The notes under the pieces: model-generated
Told to the model about the DNA's origin: nothing
Databases searched by the model: none
What the model saw: only the letters and a program-made list of their open reading frames with translations
Program-made: the position numbers and the translations under genes
Shown here: positions 43,699 to 55,460 of the stretch, one piece after another
Position numbering within the stretch: position 1 is the first letter of the stretch
How the letters are laid out: each line of letters starts with the position of its first letter
Source: an uncultured Holophagae bacterium
Lineage (GTDB): Bacteria > Acidobacteriota > Thermoanaerobaculia > Thermoanaerobaculales > Sulfomarinibacteraceae
Assembly (NCBI GenBank): GCA_963718055.1
Contig: CAVQXZ010000005.1
Span: 590,055-654,054 of the forward strand
Direction: 5' to 3'
DNA: 64,000 bases

Positions 43699-44929
43699 AT
43701 GACCGAATCGAAGACGACCACACAGAAGATGACACTGCCCTCCGACCAGGACGCCTCCGGCCGGACCCTCGGCCAGGACGAGCTCGACCTGCTCGCCCAG
43801 GCCATCGCGACCGGCAAGCTGTTCGCGCCCAAGGGCCGCTTCGTCAAGGAGCTCGAGACGCGCTTTGCCGAGATGCTCGGGGCGTCCAGCGCCTACGCCT
43901 GCACCTCAGGGAGCGCTGCGATCCACACCGCGATCGCGGCGATCGACCCCGAGCCCGGGGACGAGATCATCACGACCTCGGTCACCGACATGGGCGCCCT
44001 GACCCCGATCCTCTACCAGGGCGCGATCCCGGTGTTCGCCGACGTCGACCCGATCACCTGCAACGTCACGGCTGAGACGATCGAGGAGCGCCTGAGCGAC
44101 CGCACCAAGGCGATCATCGTGACCCACCTCTTCGGCTCGCCGTGCGACATGACGGCGATCATGCAGCTCGCCGACTCGAGGGGCATCCCCGTGATCGAGG
44201 ACTGCGCCCAGTCCTTCATGGCCGAGCACCGCGGCCGCAAGGTCGGCAGCTTCGGCGCCGTCGGCTGCTTCAGCCTCCAGCAGGGCAAGCACATCACCAC
44301 CGGCGAGGGCGGCCTGGTGGTCTCGAACGACCCCGCGATCGCCCGCCGGCTGTTCCTGTACATCAACAAGGCCTGGGGCTACGGCGACGAGAAGCCGGAC
44401 CACTACTTCCTGGCGCTGAACTACCGGATGAACGAGATCACCGGCGCGGTCGCGGTGGCCCAGCTCGCCAAGCTCCGCGAGGTCGCGGAGCGCCGCGTCG
44501 CGAGCGCGGCGCGCCTCACCCGCTATGCTGGAAGGCCTCCCCGGGATCACCACGCCTCCGGTCCCGAAGGGCGACGTCCACACCTTCTGGAAGTACTGCC
44601 TGAACGTCGATCCCGAGGTCATCCAGGGCGGATCGCCGGGTCTCGGCGGCGCCCTCAAGGAGGTCGACATCCCGTCGGCGCCGCGCTACATCCAGAAGCC
44701 GTCGTTCATGTGCCAGATCTTCCGCGATCAGCGCACCTTCGGCTCGAGCCGCTGGCCGTTCACGCTGGCCCGGCCCGAGGCCCTCGACTACGACCCGGCC
44801 AAGTTCCCGGGGACGATGCAGGGCCTCGAGCGGATCCTGGTGCTGCCGTGGAACGAGAAGTACACCGACGACCACGTGCGGTTCATCGCGGACGCCGTCC
44901 GCAGCTCGGTCACCAAGCTGGCGAGGTGA
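43699..44929 (+). CDS. DegT/DnrJ/EryC1/StrS sugar aminotransferase; one frameshift
   Basis: IEDCAQS, FSLQQGKHITTGEGG, NYRM. Confidence 0.9.
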
Positions 44930-44933
44930 GACC

Positions 44934-45942
44934 ATGCGACACGACAGGATTCGATTCGGCATCGTCGGCGCCGGCGCCATCTCCCAGGGCTACGGCCAGG
45001 CCTTCCAGGGCTGCGGCGAGGCGGAGGCCGTCGCCGTCGCCGACACCCGGCTCGACGCCGCGAAGTCCCTGGGCGACGTGCTCGGCTGCCCGGCCTTCGC
45101 GTCGCACCAGGCGATGGCCGTCGCCACCCAGCTCGACGCGGTGCTGGTGTGCACCCCGCCGTCGAGCCACGCCGAGATCTGCCTCGACTTCATCGACCGC
45201 GGAGTGAACGTGCTGTGCGAGAAGCCGTTCACGGTCACCGTGGCGGAGGCGGAGACGGTCGTCTGCACAGCGCGCGAGAAGGGGGTCAGAATCAGCATGG
45301 CCTCCAAGTTCCGCTACGTCGAGGACGTCATCCGCGCCAAGCAGATCGTGGACTCCGGGATCCTCGGCGACGTCGTGCTCTTCGACAACGCCTTCACCGC
45401 CCGGGTGGACATGTCGAAGCGCTGGAACTCCGACCCGAAGATCAGCGGCGGCGGCGTGCTCATCGACAACGGCACCCACTCGGTGGACATCGCCCGCTAC
45501 TTCCTCGGCCCGCTCGCGGAGGTTCAGGTCATGGAGGGCCGGCGTAGCCAGAGCCTGAAGGTCGAAGACACAGTGCAGGTCTTCGTCCGTTCCGAGCGCG
45601 GCGCGATGGGGACCATCGACCTGTCGTGGAGCATCAACAAGGAGCTCAACCGCTACATCAGCGTCTACGGCACCCAGGGCACCGTGATCGTCGGCTGGAA
45701 GGAGTCCAGGTACCGCCAGTCCTCGTCGCCCGACTGGGTCTCGTTCGGCACCGGGTACGACAAGGTCGGCGCCTTCCGCAACCAGATCCTCAACTTCAGC
45801 CGCGCCGTCCGCGGCGACGAGGTGCTGCGGATCAACGGCCAGCGACGCCCTGGCCTCGGTGCAGGTGATCGAGGCCGCCTACCAGTCGCTGCGACAGAAC
45901 CACTGGATCACCGTCAGCAACGGCGCGAGCGCGACGGCGTAA
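44934..45942 (+). CDS. Gfo/Idh/MocA family oxidoreductase; late frameshift
   Basis: GIVGAGAI, VLCEKP, GGGVLIDNGTHSVD. Confidence 0.9.
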
Positions 45943-45962
45943 GCTGGAAGGGAGAGGACGAC

Positions 45963-46656
45963 GTGGCGACCCGCATCCACCCCACCGCGCTCATCGAGGA
46001 CGGCGTCACTATCGGCGACGGCACGTCGATCTGGGACAACGTCCACATCCGTCACGGCGCGACCATCGGCGCGCGACTGCATCGTCGGCGAGAAGTCCTA
46101 CATCGCCTACGACGTGAAGATCGGCAACCTGGTCAAGATCAACGCCATGGTCTACATCTGCACCGCCGTCACCATCGAGGACGGGGTCATGATCAGCGCC
46201 GGCACCGTGTTCACCAACGACCGCTTCCCGCGCGCCACCACCGTCGACCTCGCCCGGCTCCGTCCCTCGGAGCCCGACGAGGACACGCTGCCGACGCTGG
46301 TCCGCGCCGGGGCCACGATCGGCGCCGGCTGCGTGATCGGCAACGAACTCGTGATCGGCCGCTTCGCCATGGTCGGCATGGGCGCCCTGGTCACCCGGTC
46401 GGTGGAGGACTTCCACCTGGTGCTCGGCCACCCGGCTCGCCCGGTCGGCTGCGTCTGCCGCTGCGGCCACCTGCTGCTGCGCTTCGAGTCGATGCAGGAG
46501 CCGGTCCTGGACACCACCTGCGGCCACTGCGGCCTGCCCTACCGCATCAGCGGGACAGCGCGTCGAGGAGCTCAACCCGCCGTCATGACCATCGACGTGC
46601 CCAGGTCGCGGCGCTGCGGTCGCCCGGATATCCCAGCGCGGAGCCGCGACACATGA
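45963..46656 (+). CDS. Hexapeptide N-acetyltransferase (WbpD-like) with C-terminal Cys cluster; frameshifted, true end may be near 46588
   Basis: IHPTALIE, VFTNDRFPR, GATIGAG, GHPARPVGCVCRCG...CGHCG. Confidence 0.85.
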
Positions 46657-48007
46657 CCGCACCCGACGGCCAGCGCTGGGCGATCGTCGGCGGCGGCATC
46701 CTCGGCATGACCCTGGCCCTCCGCCTCGCGCAGCGCGGACGGTCGGTGAACCTGATCGAGCGCGCCGAGCAGCTCGGCGGCCTGGCGAGCGCCTGGCGCC
46801 TGGGCGACCTGGTCTGGGACCGCCACTACCACGTCACCCTGCTCTCGGACGCTACACCCGGGCCCTCCTCGAGGAGCTCGGCCTCGAGCAGGAGATGCGG
46901 TGGGTGACCGCGCGGACCGGCTTCTACACCGACGGCCGGCTCCTCTCGATGTCGAGCGCCTCGAGTTCCTGCGGTTTCCGCCCCTCGGCCTGATCGACAA
47001 GGCGCGGCTCGCCGCGACCATCCTCCACGCCTCGCGCATCAGCGATTGGCGGCAGCTCGAGAAGATCCCGGTCGAGGACTGGCTGCGCGCTGGTCCGGCA
47101 ACCGGACGTTCGAGAAGATCTGGCTGCCGCTGCTGCGCTCGAAGCTCGGCGAGAACTACACGGGACCTCCGCGGCCTTCATCTGGGCCACGATCGCGAGG
47201 ATGTATGCGGCGCGCCGGGCCGGCCTCAAGCAGGAGATGTTCGGCTACGTGCCAGGCGGCTACGCGCGCATCCTGGACGCCTTCCGTCGACGGCTCGAGG
47301 AAGCGGCGTCCACATCTTCCTGGGCATGACGGTCGCCGCGGTCAGGAAAGAGCAGACCGGTGGGATCTGCGTCGAGCCGCCAGCGGCACCCGCATCCGTT
47401 CGACCAGGTCGTGCTGACCGTGCCGGCGCCGATCGCGGCCCGGATCTGTCCGGGCATCTCGGACGACGAGCAGACCCTCTCGAGCAGGTGGAGTACCAGG
47501 GCATCGTCTGCGCCTCCGTGCTGCTGAAGAAGCCGCTCGCCCTACTACGTCACCAACATCACCGACGCCCGGTTCCCGTTCACGGCGGTGATCGAGATGT
47601 CGGCTCTGGTCGATCGCGAGCAGTTCGGCGGCAACGCGCTGGTCTACCTGCCGAGGTACCTCGCGAGCGACGACCCTGGATTCAACATCCCCGACCACGA
47701 GTGGGGCGAGCGCGCGGTCGAGGCGCTGTCGGCCATGTACCCGGCCTTCGACCCGCAGGACGTGCTCGCCTTCCAGGTGTCTCGCGAACGCCACGTGTAC
47801 GCCCTGCCGACGCTCGGCTACTCGGAGCGCGTGCCGCCGGTGCGCAGCTCGTTGCCGGGCGTGTTCTTCGTCAACTCGGCGCAAATCGTCAACGCCACCC
47901 TCAACGTCAACGAGACGGTCAGACTCGCGGAAGAAGCGGTCGACCCGCTCCTGTCGGCCGCCGCCGATCAGGGCGCAGACTCCGGGCCCTGGCAGTCACC
48001 GCGATGA
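46653..48007 (+). CDS. NAD(P)/FAD-dependent oxidoreductase (amine oxidase/HemY-like fold); many frameshifts
   Basis: WAIVGGGILG, ERAEQLGGLA, WDRHYH, GYVPGGY, PFTAVIEM. Confidence 0.8.
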
Positions 48008-48968
48008 CGAAGCAGCTCCCGATCTGCAGCCTCTCGGTCGACCTCGACAACCAGTGGTCGTACATGAAGACCCACGGCGATGCCGGGTGGGAGACCTTCC
48101 CGTCCTACCTCGACCTCGTCGTGCCGAGGATCCTCGAAACCCTGGACCGCTTCGGCTGGAAGATCACCTTCTTCATCGTCGGCCAGGACGCCGCGCTCGA
48201 GAAGAACCGCGAGGCCCTGCAGGCCATCGCCGCGGCCGGCCACGAGATCGGCAACCACAGCTTCAACCACGAGCCCTGGCTCCACCTCTATACCAAGGAG
48301 AGACGGTCGACGAGATCGCCCACGCCGAGGAAGCCATCGAGTCGGCGACAGGGCACCGCCCACGGGGCTTCCGGGGACCCGGCTACAGCTTGTCGCGTGC
48401 CACCCTCGAGGTCCTCGTGGAGCGCGACTACCTCTACGACGCCTCGACCCTGCCCACCTTCCTCGGCCCCCTCGCCCGCTGGTATTACTTCCACACCACC
48501 AAGCTGACCCCGGAAGAGAAGAAGCAACGGAAGATCCTATTTGGCGGATTCGCGGAAGGGCAACGGCCGTTGAAGCCCTATCTCTGGGAGGTCGGCGAAA
48601 GCCGGCTGCTTGAGATTCCCGTGACCACGATGCCAATCCTCAGGCTCCCCTTCCACTTCAGCTACCTGCACTACATCGCCACCTACTCCCCCACGCTCTC
48701 CCTGCTCTACTTCCACACCGCGCTCGCCCTGTGCCGCGCCATGCGCGTCGAGCCCTCCCTACTCCTCCACCCCCTCGACTTCCTCGGCGGCGACGACGTC
48801 CGTGAACTCGCCTTCTTCCCAGCGATGAAGCTCAGCGGACATCTGAAGCTGCAGACGCTGCATCTGCTGCTCGACAATCTCGGGCGGCGATATGCGGTCG
48901 TCCCACTTGGGCAGCTCGCGGACCGCGCGCGGGGATCGTCGCCGATGCGGATATCCTCCCCCAGCTGA
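48004..48968 (+). CDS. Polysaccharide deacetylase family protein; one frameshift
   Basis: SVDLDNQWSY, ITFFIVGQD, HEIGNHS, GFRGPG, LLHPLDF. Confidence 0.85.
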
Positions 48969-49051
48969 CAGGAGATCCTTCCGCCATCCCACCGGATCGA
49001 GATACAATCGACGTAGCACTCAAGTGCTTCGGTTTGTGCGGGGGTGCGACC

Positions 49052-50524
49052 GTGAAGGTCGTGCTCGTTGATCCTCCGACCTCTCACGAACAGATCTACG
49101 GCGACTGGGATCTGTCGGAGATGGACACGTGTTGCCCCCCGTTGGGACTCCTGCACATCGCTTCGTTCGTCCGCGAACATGGCCACACGCCACACGTGTT
49201 GGATCTGTCGGCGAGAAAATGGACACTCGCCCAGGCGGTCAGGTTTGTCGAGAAGGCCGACCCTGGTGTTGTAGGGATCTCGGCCAAGACCGTCAACGTT
49301 CACAACGCCGCCGAACTCGCCGAACGCCTGAGGCTCGCCGGATTCGACAGGCCAATTGTCCTCGGTGGCGCCCACGTGACCGCGGTACCTGTGGCGACCC
49401 TGAAGCGATTCCCAGCGTTCGACATCGGGGTTCTCGGCGAGGGCGAACTGACGTTCCTGGAGCTGCTAACAAGGTACCAGCGAGGTGAACCTGTTGCCGA
49501 TGTTGCCGGAATCGCCTATCGCAGCGGGCTGGACGGGGTTGAAGTCAACCCGCGACGACCCATAATCGAAGACCTCGACGAACTCCCGTTCCCCGCATGG
49601 GACCTTCTTCCAGGTTTCCCCGAAAGCTATCCCCATTCGGCGCTCGAAACCAAGAGGCTGCCAGCGGCCTCGATCATCACGTCGCGCGGCTGTCCATTCT
49701 CGTGCACCTTCTGCGATAACACCGTCTTCGGCACGCGCGTGCGACATCACTCCGCCCGCTACACACTCGCGATGATCCGACACCTGAAGGATCGCTACGG
49801 CGTGCGCGATCTGATGATCCTGGACGACAACTTCCTCCTGAACAGGGACAAGGTGTTCCAGGTTTGCGACTCGCTCATATCCGAGCGGGCCAACATCAGC
49901 TGGTACTGCATCGGCCACGCAAGATCGATGACCGAGGACCGCCTCAGGAAAATCCGCGAGGCTGGGTGCTGGTTTATCGAGCTCGGCATCGAGAGCGGGT
50001 GTGACCGCATCCTCAAGATCCTCAGGAAGAACACAGACAAAAAGGAGATCGCCGAGGCGGTGCGACATGCCCGGAATGCTGGTCTCAAGGTCAAGGGGAA
50101 CTTCATCTTCGGGCTCCCGACCGAGACCAAGGAGAGCCTCGAGGAGACCATCGAGTTCGCGACCAGCATCGGCCTCACCCACTTCCAGCAGAACTTCCTG
50201 ACGGTCTGGCCTGGCTGCTCCCTCTCAGACGACCCTGAAGAGTACGGTGTCCACACCGGTAGGTGGGAGACGATGGCCCACCAGCGCATCACCTTCATAC
50301 CGCACGGGCTGACCGAGGCGGACCTGATCGCGGCATCCAGGCGCGCATTCCGGCGCTTCTACCTCAGGCCACGGGTCCTGGTGGAGACAGCCCGCAGTCT
50401 GACGTCGGCTCGAGCCCTGGTCAGCACGTCCAAAGCTCTTCTTGTCTTCTTGAGGACCGTGTTAAGAAGAAGCACGAGACGAAAGGGCTCACGGCCACAC
50501 TCCGCGCCCGGTTCTGGCTGTTGA
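49052..50524 (+). CDS. B12-binding radical SAM protein
   Basis: PPLGLLHIAS, GGAHVT, GEGE, TSRGCPFSCTFC, GIESG. Confidence 0.9.
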   Translation: MKVVLVDPPTSHEQIYGDWDLSEMDTCCPPLGLLHIASFVREHGHTPHVLDLSARKWTLAQAVRFVEKADPGVVGISAKTVNVHNAAELAERLRLAGFDRPIVLGGAHVTAVPVATLKRFPAFDIGVLGEGELTFLELLTRYQRGEPVADVAGIAYRSGLDGVEVNPRRPIIEDLDELPFPAWDLLPGFPESYPHSALETKRLPAASIITSRGCPFSCTFCDNTVFGTRVRHHSARYTLAMIRHLKDRYGVRDLMILDDNFLLNRDKVFQVCDSLISERANISWYCIGHARSMTEDRLRKIREAGCWFIELGIESGCDRILKILRKNTDKKEIAEAVRHARNAGLKVKGNFIFGLPTETKESLEETIEFATSIGLTHFQQNFLTVWPGCSLSDDPEEYGVHTGRWETMAHQRITFIPHGLTEADLIAASRRAFRRFYLRPRVLVETARSLTSARALVSTSKALLVFLRTVLRRSTRRKGSRPHSAPGSGC

Positions 50525-52032
50525 TCGTTACCCGAGGTCGTCAACGGCGCCTGCTCGATTTTGTACACCTCGAAGTCTTCGCCTATCGCCACCCTGGTCA
50601 TCCGTTCCGCAATGAAGTCCTGAAACGAAGGGTCGGCAGCGCCGTTCAGGGATGGGAAGTTGACGAACCACTTGAGCTCGGGAGTGATTGCTGTCTCGAG
50701 ACCTTCCCTGCTCTGACGATCTCGGGCGAGCACCCTCCCGCGCCGGCGAGCGTGGAAGAATACGTTCGCCTGCTCAAAGTTGTTCGGGACGCCTTTGTCC
50801 ATCGCCACATCCTGGGAAAGAACCAGGATCAGGTCGCCCGGATCGGAAACACGAGCGACAGCTCGCCCCGCCTCGATGAAGCGGGGCCCCTCGCGCATCG
50901 CGAGAATCCATCCATCACAGATTCCCTGATAGCCGAAGACGCCTACGGCCAGCGCGGCGAGCATCCATCGCCTGATGCCCCGAACCTCCGCTACTACGGC
51001 GAGTCCACCTGTGGCCAACAGAGCCATCAAGGGAGCGGCAAAGAGATGGTAGTGGAGCCCCAGATCGGGGTTGCCTGCGTACCGGGCGACGATGAAATAG
51101 TAGGCCGCCGTGGCGAGCGCCCATGAGACGACCAACAATCGCCAGATAGGTGGTCGGAATCTCAGGAGACCAACAATCGCGAGCAAGGTCCCCACCGGAC
51201 CGAGAATCCAGGCGGCCTCGATGAACGCCAGGTTCCAGTAGAAGTGGGGGTCCAAACGCCAAGCAAGGGTTCCCCACTTCGAGTCGCCCCCGACGATCAC
51301 GCCGAAGGTGTTTCCGTAGGTGAGGTAGATCGAAGCAGCGTGAACGTAGTACGCGACGGGAGGCACCAGCGAGATGGCGGCAAACGCGAAGAGCTTCGGC
51401 TGGAGCAGACTGCGCCAGCCGCGGTGATACACCCAGAGAGCCATCAGCACGACCCCGAGATGGATGGCGGTCGGCTTCACGAGGGCGGCCAGCGACATGG
51501 ACACCGCAGACTGAACCACGGTGCTCCATCGATCGTCGTCGAGGAACGTCAGGAACCGCTCGACGGCGAAGAGCACGAACATGAGCGCGGCCGCGTCAGG
51601 CATGAACACGCGAGAGTACCTGAAGACGACCGGCGCCATCAGGAACATCGCCACACACACCAGGGCGAGTCGATGTGAAAAGAACCGCCGAGCGATCCGG
51701 TCAAGAAACGAACAGGAGAGACCGGTGGCGAGAATGCTGATAAGGCGACCGTAGATCGGGTTCTCGCCCAATATCCGGTAGATCAGGCTGGTCACGAAGG
51801 GGAGGAGTTGAAACTCAGCCTCGACGTAGCCTGGTCCAGGCGCACCCCAATCCACGCGAGGCCAGAGGATCCGAGGCTCCTCCAGGAAGTTCCTCGCGAT
51901 CGTCGCGGTATCAGCCTGCCTCCAGGTGTTGTGGTCGGTGAGGTTCGCGTCTAGGCCGGGCAGGCGCAGCGCCAAGCCGATAACAACGATGGCTCCCAAC
52001 CAGAACCGCCGGTTGTTCACCCGCCTTGGCAT
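50359..52032 (-). CDS. ArnT/GT39 (PMT_2)-like integral membrane glycosyltransferase
   Basis: WRQADTATIARNF, EFQL, YSRVFMPD, LVKP; many transmembrane segments. Confidence 0.85.
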   Translation of the reverse strand: MPRRVNNRRFWLGAIVVIGLALRLPGLDANLTDHNTWRQADTATIARNFLEEPRILWPRVDWGAPGPGYVEAEFQLLPFVTSLIYRILGENPIYGRLISILATGLSCSFLDRIARRFFSHRLALVCVAMFLMAPVVFRYSRVFMPDAAALMFVLFAVERFLTFLDDDRWSTVVQSAVSMSLAALVKPTAIHLGVVLMALWVYHRGWRSLLQPKLFAFAAISLVPPVAYYVHAASIYLTYGNTFGVIVGGDSKWGTLAWRLDPHFYWNLAFIEAAWILGPVGTLLAIVGLLRFRPPIWRLLVVSWALATAAYYFIVARYAGNPDLGLHYHLFAAPLMALLATGGLAVVAEVRGIRRWMLAALAVGVFGYQGICDGWILAMREGPRFIEAGRAVARVSDPGDLILVLSQDVAMDKGVPNNFEQANVFFHARRRGRVLARDRQSREGLETAITPELKWFVNFPSLNGAADPSFQDFIAERMTRVAIGEDFEVYKIEQAPLTTSGNDQQPEPGAECGREPFRLVLLLNTVLKKTRRALDVLTRARADVRLRAVSTRTRGLR

Positions 52033-52093
52033 GTCATTCACATACCCTTGAGAGGGGCTCAGGACAGCGCCACAGCGCTCGCATGGGATCAAC

Positions 52094-52870
52094 CTAGTCG
52101 AGCGGATAGGTTCGGATTCTGGTCTGCTGCAGGAAGATGTGCCACAGGAACGCCGGGTTGTTCCGGAGGTATCGGGGCGCCAGCCGGCGAGGCTCCATGC
52201 AGAGCCTGAAGAACCACTCGAGACCCATGCGCATCATCCAACGAGGGGCCTGTCGCACCCGACCAGTATGGAAATCGAACGCCGCTCCAACTCCGATCAT
52301 GACCTTGCAGTTCAGCAAGCTGTGAAACTCGGCCATGAAGAGATCCTGCTTCGGAGCGCCAAGACCGACCCACAACAGATCGGGGTGGAGCTCGTTGATC
52401 ATCGTGATGAGAGCTTCCTTTTCTTCGAAAGTAAATGGTCTGAACGGGGGAGTGTATGTCCCAACGACCCTTAGCCCAGGGAAGCGATGCTCCATGTTCT
52501 TCTTCAGGTCGTCGGCAACACCCTCGGCGCCACCGAGGAAGAAGTTGCTCCACCCGCTTCTTGAGGCATCTCGGAGTAGAGCGAGCATGAGATCAGGACC
52601 ATAGACGCGGCTCATTGAGCGTTTCCCGCGTGACCTCCCGACCCAAGTCAACGGCATTCCATCCGGGACACAGGCGTCCGCCGAGTTGTAGGCTCGCCGG
52701 ACATCTGGACGTCGGTAGCTCTGCATGATGCAGTGAACGTCAACAACGCTCACGTACCGGCCCGTCATCTCCTCTGAAAGCCAGCCAGTGATCAACTGCA
52801 CAGCGGCCTCCGGATTCACGGCAGCTACACTGGTTCCCAGTACGTTGAGCGTGGGAAGAGTCGTGGTCAT
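52094..52870 (-). CDS. WecB/TagA/CpsF (GT26) glycosyltransferase
   Basis: PDGMPL, RVYGPDL, WVGLGAPKQ, GVGAAFDFHTG, QAPRWM, GLEWFFRL. Confidence 0.92.
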   Translation of the reverse strand: MTTTLPTLNVLGTSVAAVNPEAAVQLITGWLSEEMTGRYVSVVDVHCIMQSYRRPDVRRAYNSADACVPDGMPLTWVGRSRGKRSMSRVYGPDLMLALLRDASRSGWSNFFLGGAEGVADDLKKNMEHRFPGLRVVGTYTPPFRPFTFEEKEALITMINELHPDLLWVGLGAPKQDLFMAEFHSLLNCKVMIGVGAAFDFHTGRVRQAPRWMMRMGLEWFFRLCMEPRRLAPRYLRNNPAFLWHIFLQQTRIRTYPLD

Positions 52871-53114
52871 GATCGTCACACAGGGCTCCAAGCGCCGGCC
52901 TCCCCTCCCGCCTCACGCATCAGAATCACACTCGCCCGGGCTCGGGGTGCCGCGGAAACAGCCCTAAATCCCCTGCAGATCATGTTAATACACCACCCGC
53001 CCCAACCCGACCCTCGAGGCCGGGCGGTCGCCACACAGCTTCCGGACGAACGGCCTCCGCTCAAGGTAAGATCTTCAATGGCCTTGAGCCCATGTTCACG
53101 CAGAAGGTGAATGC

Positions 53115-55089
53115 ATGTCGGAAGACAAGAGTGCGCTCGCCCCTTCGAACCGACCGCGTGAGGCATCGTGTTCTGACGCGCTCATCGTCGCCGCCACCTT
53201 CGGCTGCCTGGTAGGGCTGATTGACTTCGCACTGTTCGAGCTTTGGGGTCACCCCTCGAGAGTCCTGGACTACGTACTGTACAAACCAACCTTCATCAGC
53301 TTCAGTTCACTCCTGATTCACACAACGCTTGTCATAGCGATCTCATGGCTCCTTGTCTTTGGCTTGATCGCGCTTCGCCTCATCTCGAGGCGACTGACAG
53401 GCAAGTTCGTGGGATTCTTCCCACTCGCTGCCCTCAGTGTCGCGCTCACCGGCCTGTTGGTTGTCTCACTCAGATTCCTCAAGGAATCTGTCTCAATCTC
53501 CCGCACCGTTGTTCTCCTTACTTCGATTGCTCTTCTTAGTGCGATTTCATTCGCTCTAGAGCGGCGTTTTGCGAAATCCACCCCAGGGGTGAATCGCGTT
53601 ATGGGAGCCGCGCAAACGGCGATGCTGGCCTTCAGCATCGCCGTTCTCGCAATGGTGTTCCTCGCGCCGGACCTCCACACACTCTTTCGTGCCGGGGGGA
53701 CCCCGCCAGCCGAGACACGCCAACAACGACCCAACGTGATGTTGATCGTCCTCGACACGGTGAGGGCGGACCGGCTCTCATGCTATGGCAACACGACGCT
53801 CGCAACGCCCAACATCGACGAACTCGCTCGAGGTGGGTTACTGTTTCTCAACGCCTTCTCGACCGCCCCCTGGACCGTGCCTTCGCACGCGTCGATGTTT
53901 ACTGGCCTGTATCCTTCCCAACATCAAGCGGCATGGATAACACCCGGTTGCGCGACGAGTTCGTCACGCTTGCAGAACGCCTGACGGAGAGCGGATACGC
54001 GTCAGCAGGATTCAGCGAAAACCCCTTCGTGGGTATCGCCAACGGCTTCGCGCAGGGGTTTGACGAGTTCCACGAAACCTGGCGACGCCCCCTGCTGGAG
54101 CGAGCCGTCATCAAAGCTCTTCGAGCACTCGGGCGGCGCTATGACCTCCAGTACGCCCCCCGCACCACCTCCCTGCTCTCCGGCTGGCTCGAAACGCGTC
54201 GGAGCGACCGTCGCCCGTTCTTCGCATTCGTCAACCTCATGGCAGCGCATCTCCCTCGTTACCCTCGATCAGGCTACAGTTCGACGAAATGGTCGGACGA
54301 CGTGCTCGAGAGGATTGAACCGGTCAACATCGTCCCAGAGAGGTTCTACCTCCCCCAGTACCAGTTGAGCCCGATCGAACTCCGGGTCATGGCTGAAATG
54401 TACGAGGCAGAGATCTCATATCTTGACGACCACGTCGGGCATATCATTGCCTTCCTCGACAAGCAGGGGACGCTCGACAACACGATCGTGATCCTGACCA
54501 GCGATCACGGAGAGAACTTTGGAGAGCACGGATTTATCGAGCATCAATTCTGTCTCTACAACACTCTCATCCACATACCATTGATTATTCGCTTTCCTCA
54601 AGATATTGAGCCGGCAGTTGTTCATGAAATGGTTCGAACGTTGCCATCATGGACACCATCTTCGACCTTGCCAATATTTCACCTGATGACGTCTCCGGAC
54701 GTGATCCACACGTCCCACTCAGTAGTACTATCGAGAACCAAATAGTTGTTGCAGAGTACCCGAACTCCGTCGGAATGTTGAGGGTCGCAATAGGACACGA
54801 GGCGCCGAAGTTCGACTACACGCCATTTGATCGAGACCTACGGTGCATTATTCGTGGGGACTACAAGTACATCTGGTCCTCCGACGGCCATGACGAAATC
54901 TACTCAATATCCGACGATTTTGCCGAAGAGAAGAATCTGCTCCAGAGTCAAGAAGAGACCGCCGGCGAGCTTCGTCACGCGCTTGACAAATGGTGCCAGA
55001 CGCACGAATCCCACCCGCACCCTGGCGCGGCACCTGCCATCGACGCTGCGACGAGGGATGCGTTGAAGGCCCTTGGGTATGAGCAATAG
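53115..55089 (+). CDS. Membrane-anchored sulfatase-like hydrolase/transferase; frameshifted
   Basis: N-terminal TM helices, PNVMLIVLDTVRAD, WTVPSHASMFTG, TSDHGE, HIPLII. Confidence 0.85.
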
Positions 55090-55460
55090 AGGCTTCGATC
55101 GCATCAGTGCCATCGATCCGCCCCGGCTCCGAGACGGCCGGACGTGCCTCTTCCCGGCATTCCAGGATCATCCGCCCCTCCAAGAGCGGCCTCGACCGTC
55201 CACCCGCGAGACGAAGGAAATCAGCCCTGATTCCAGCGCACTTTGTTGATCCCGCAAGGATCCGGCGCAGATCCCCCCGCGCCTTCCCTTCCACGCACCT
55301 CTCAAGGCGTCGCCTACCCGGAATCTCCGCCGGATCGCCCAAAACACCTAACGAGCAGCACCACCACCCTCTCAGACTGCACAGCGGCGACCCGCACGTA
55401 CCAAGAAGAACATCCAACTGCCATAAAACAAGAGCGCTATGGAATAGAAAACGACGCTCT

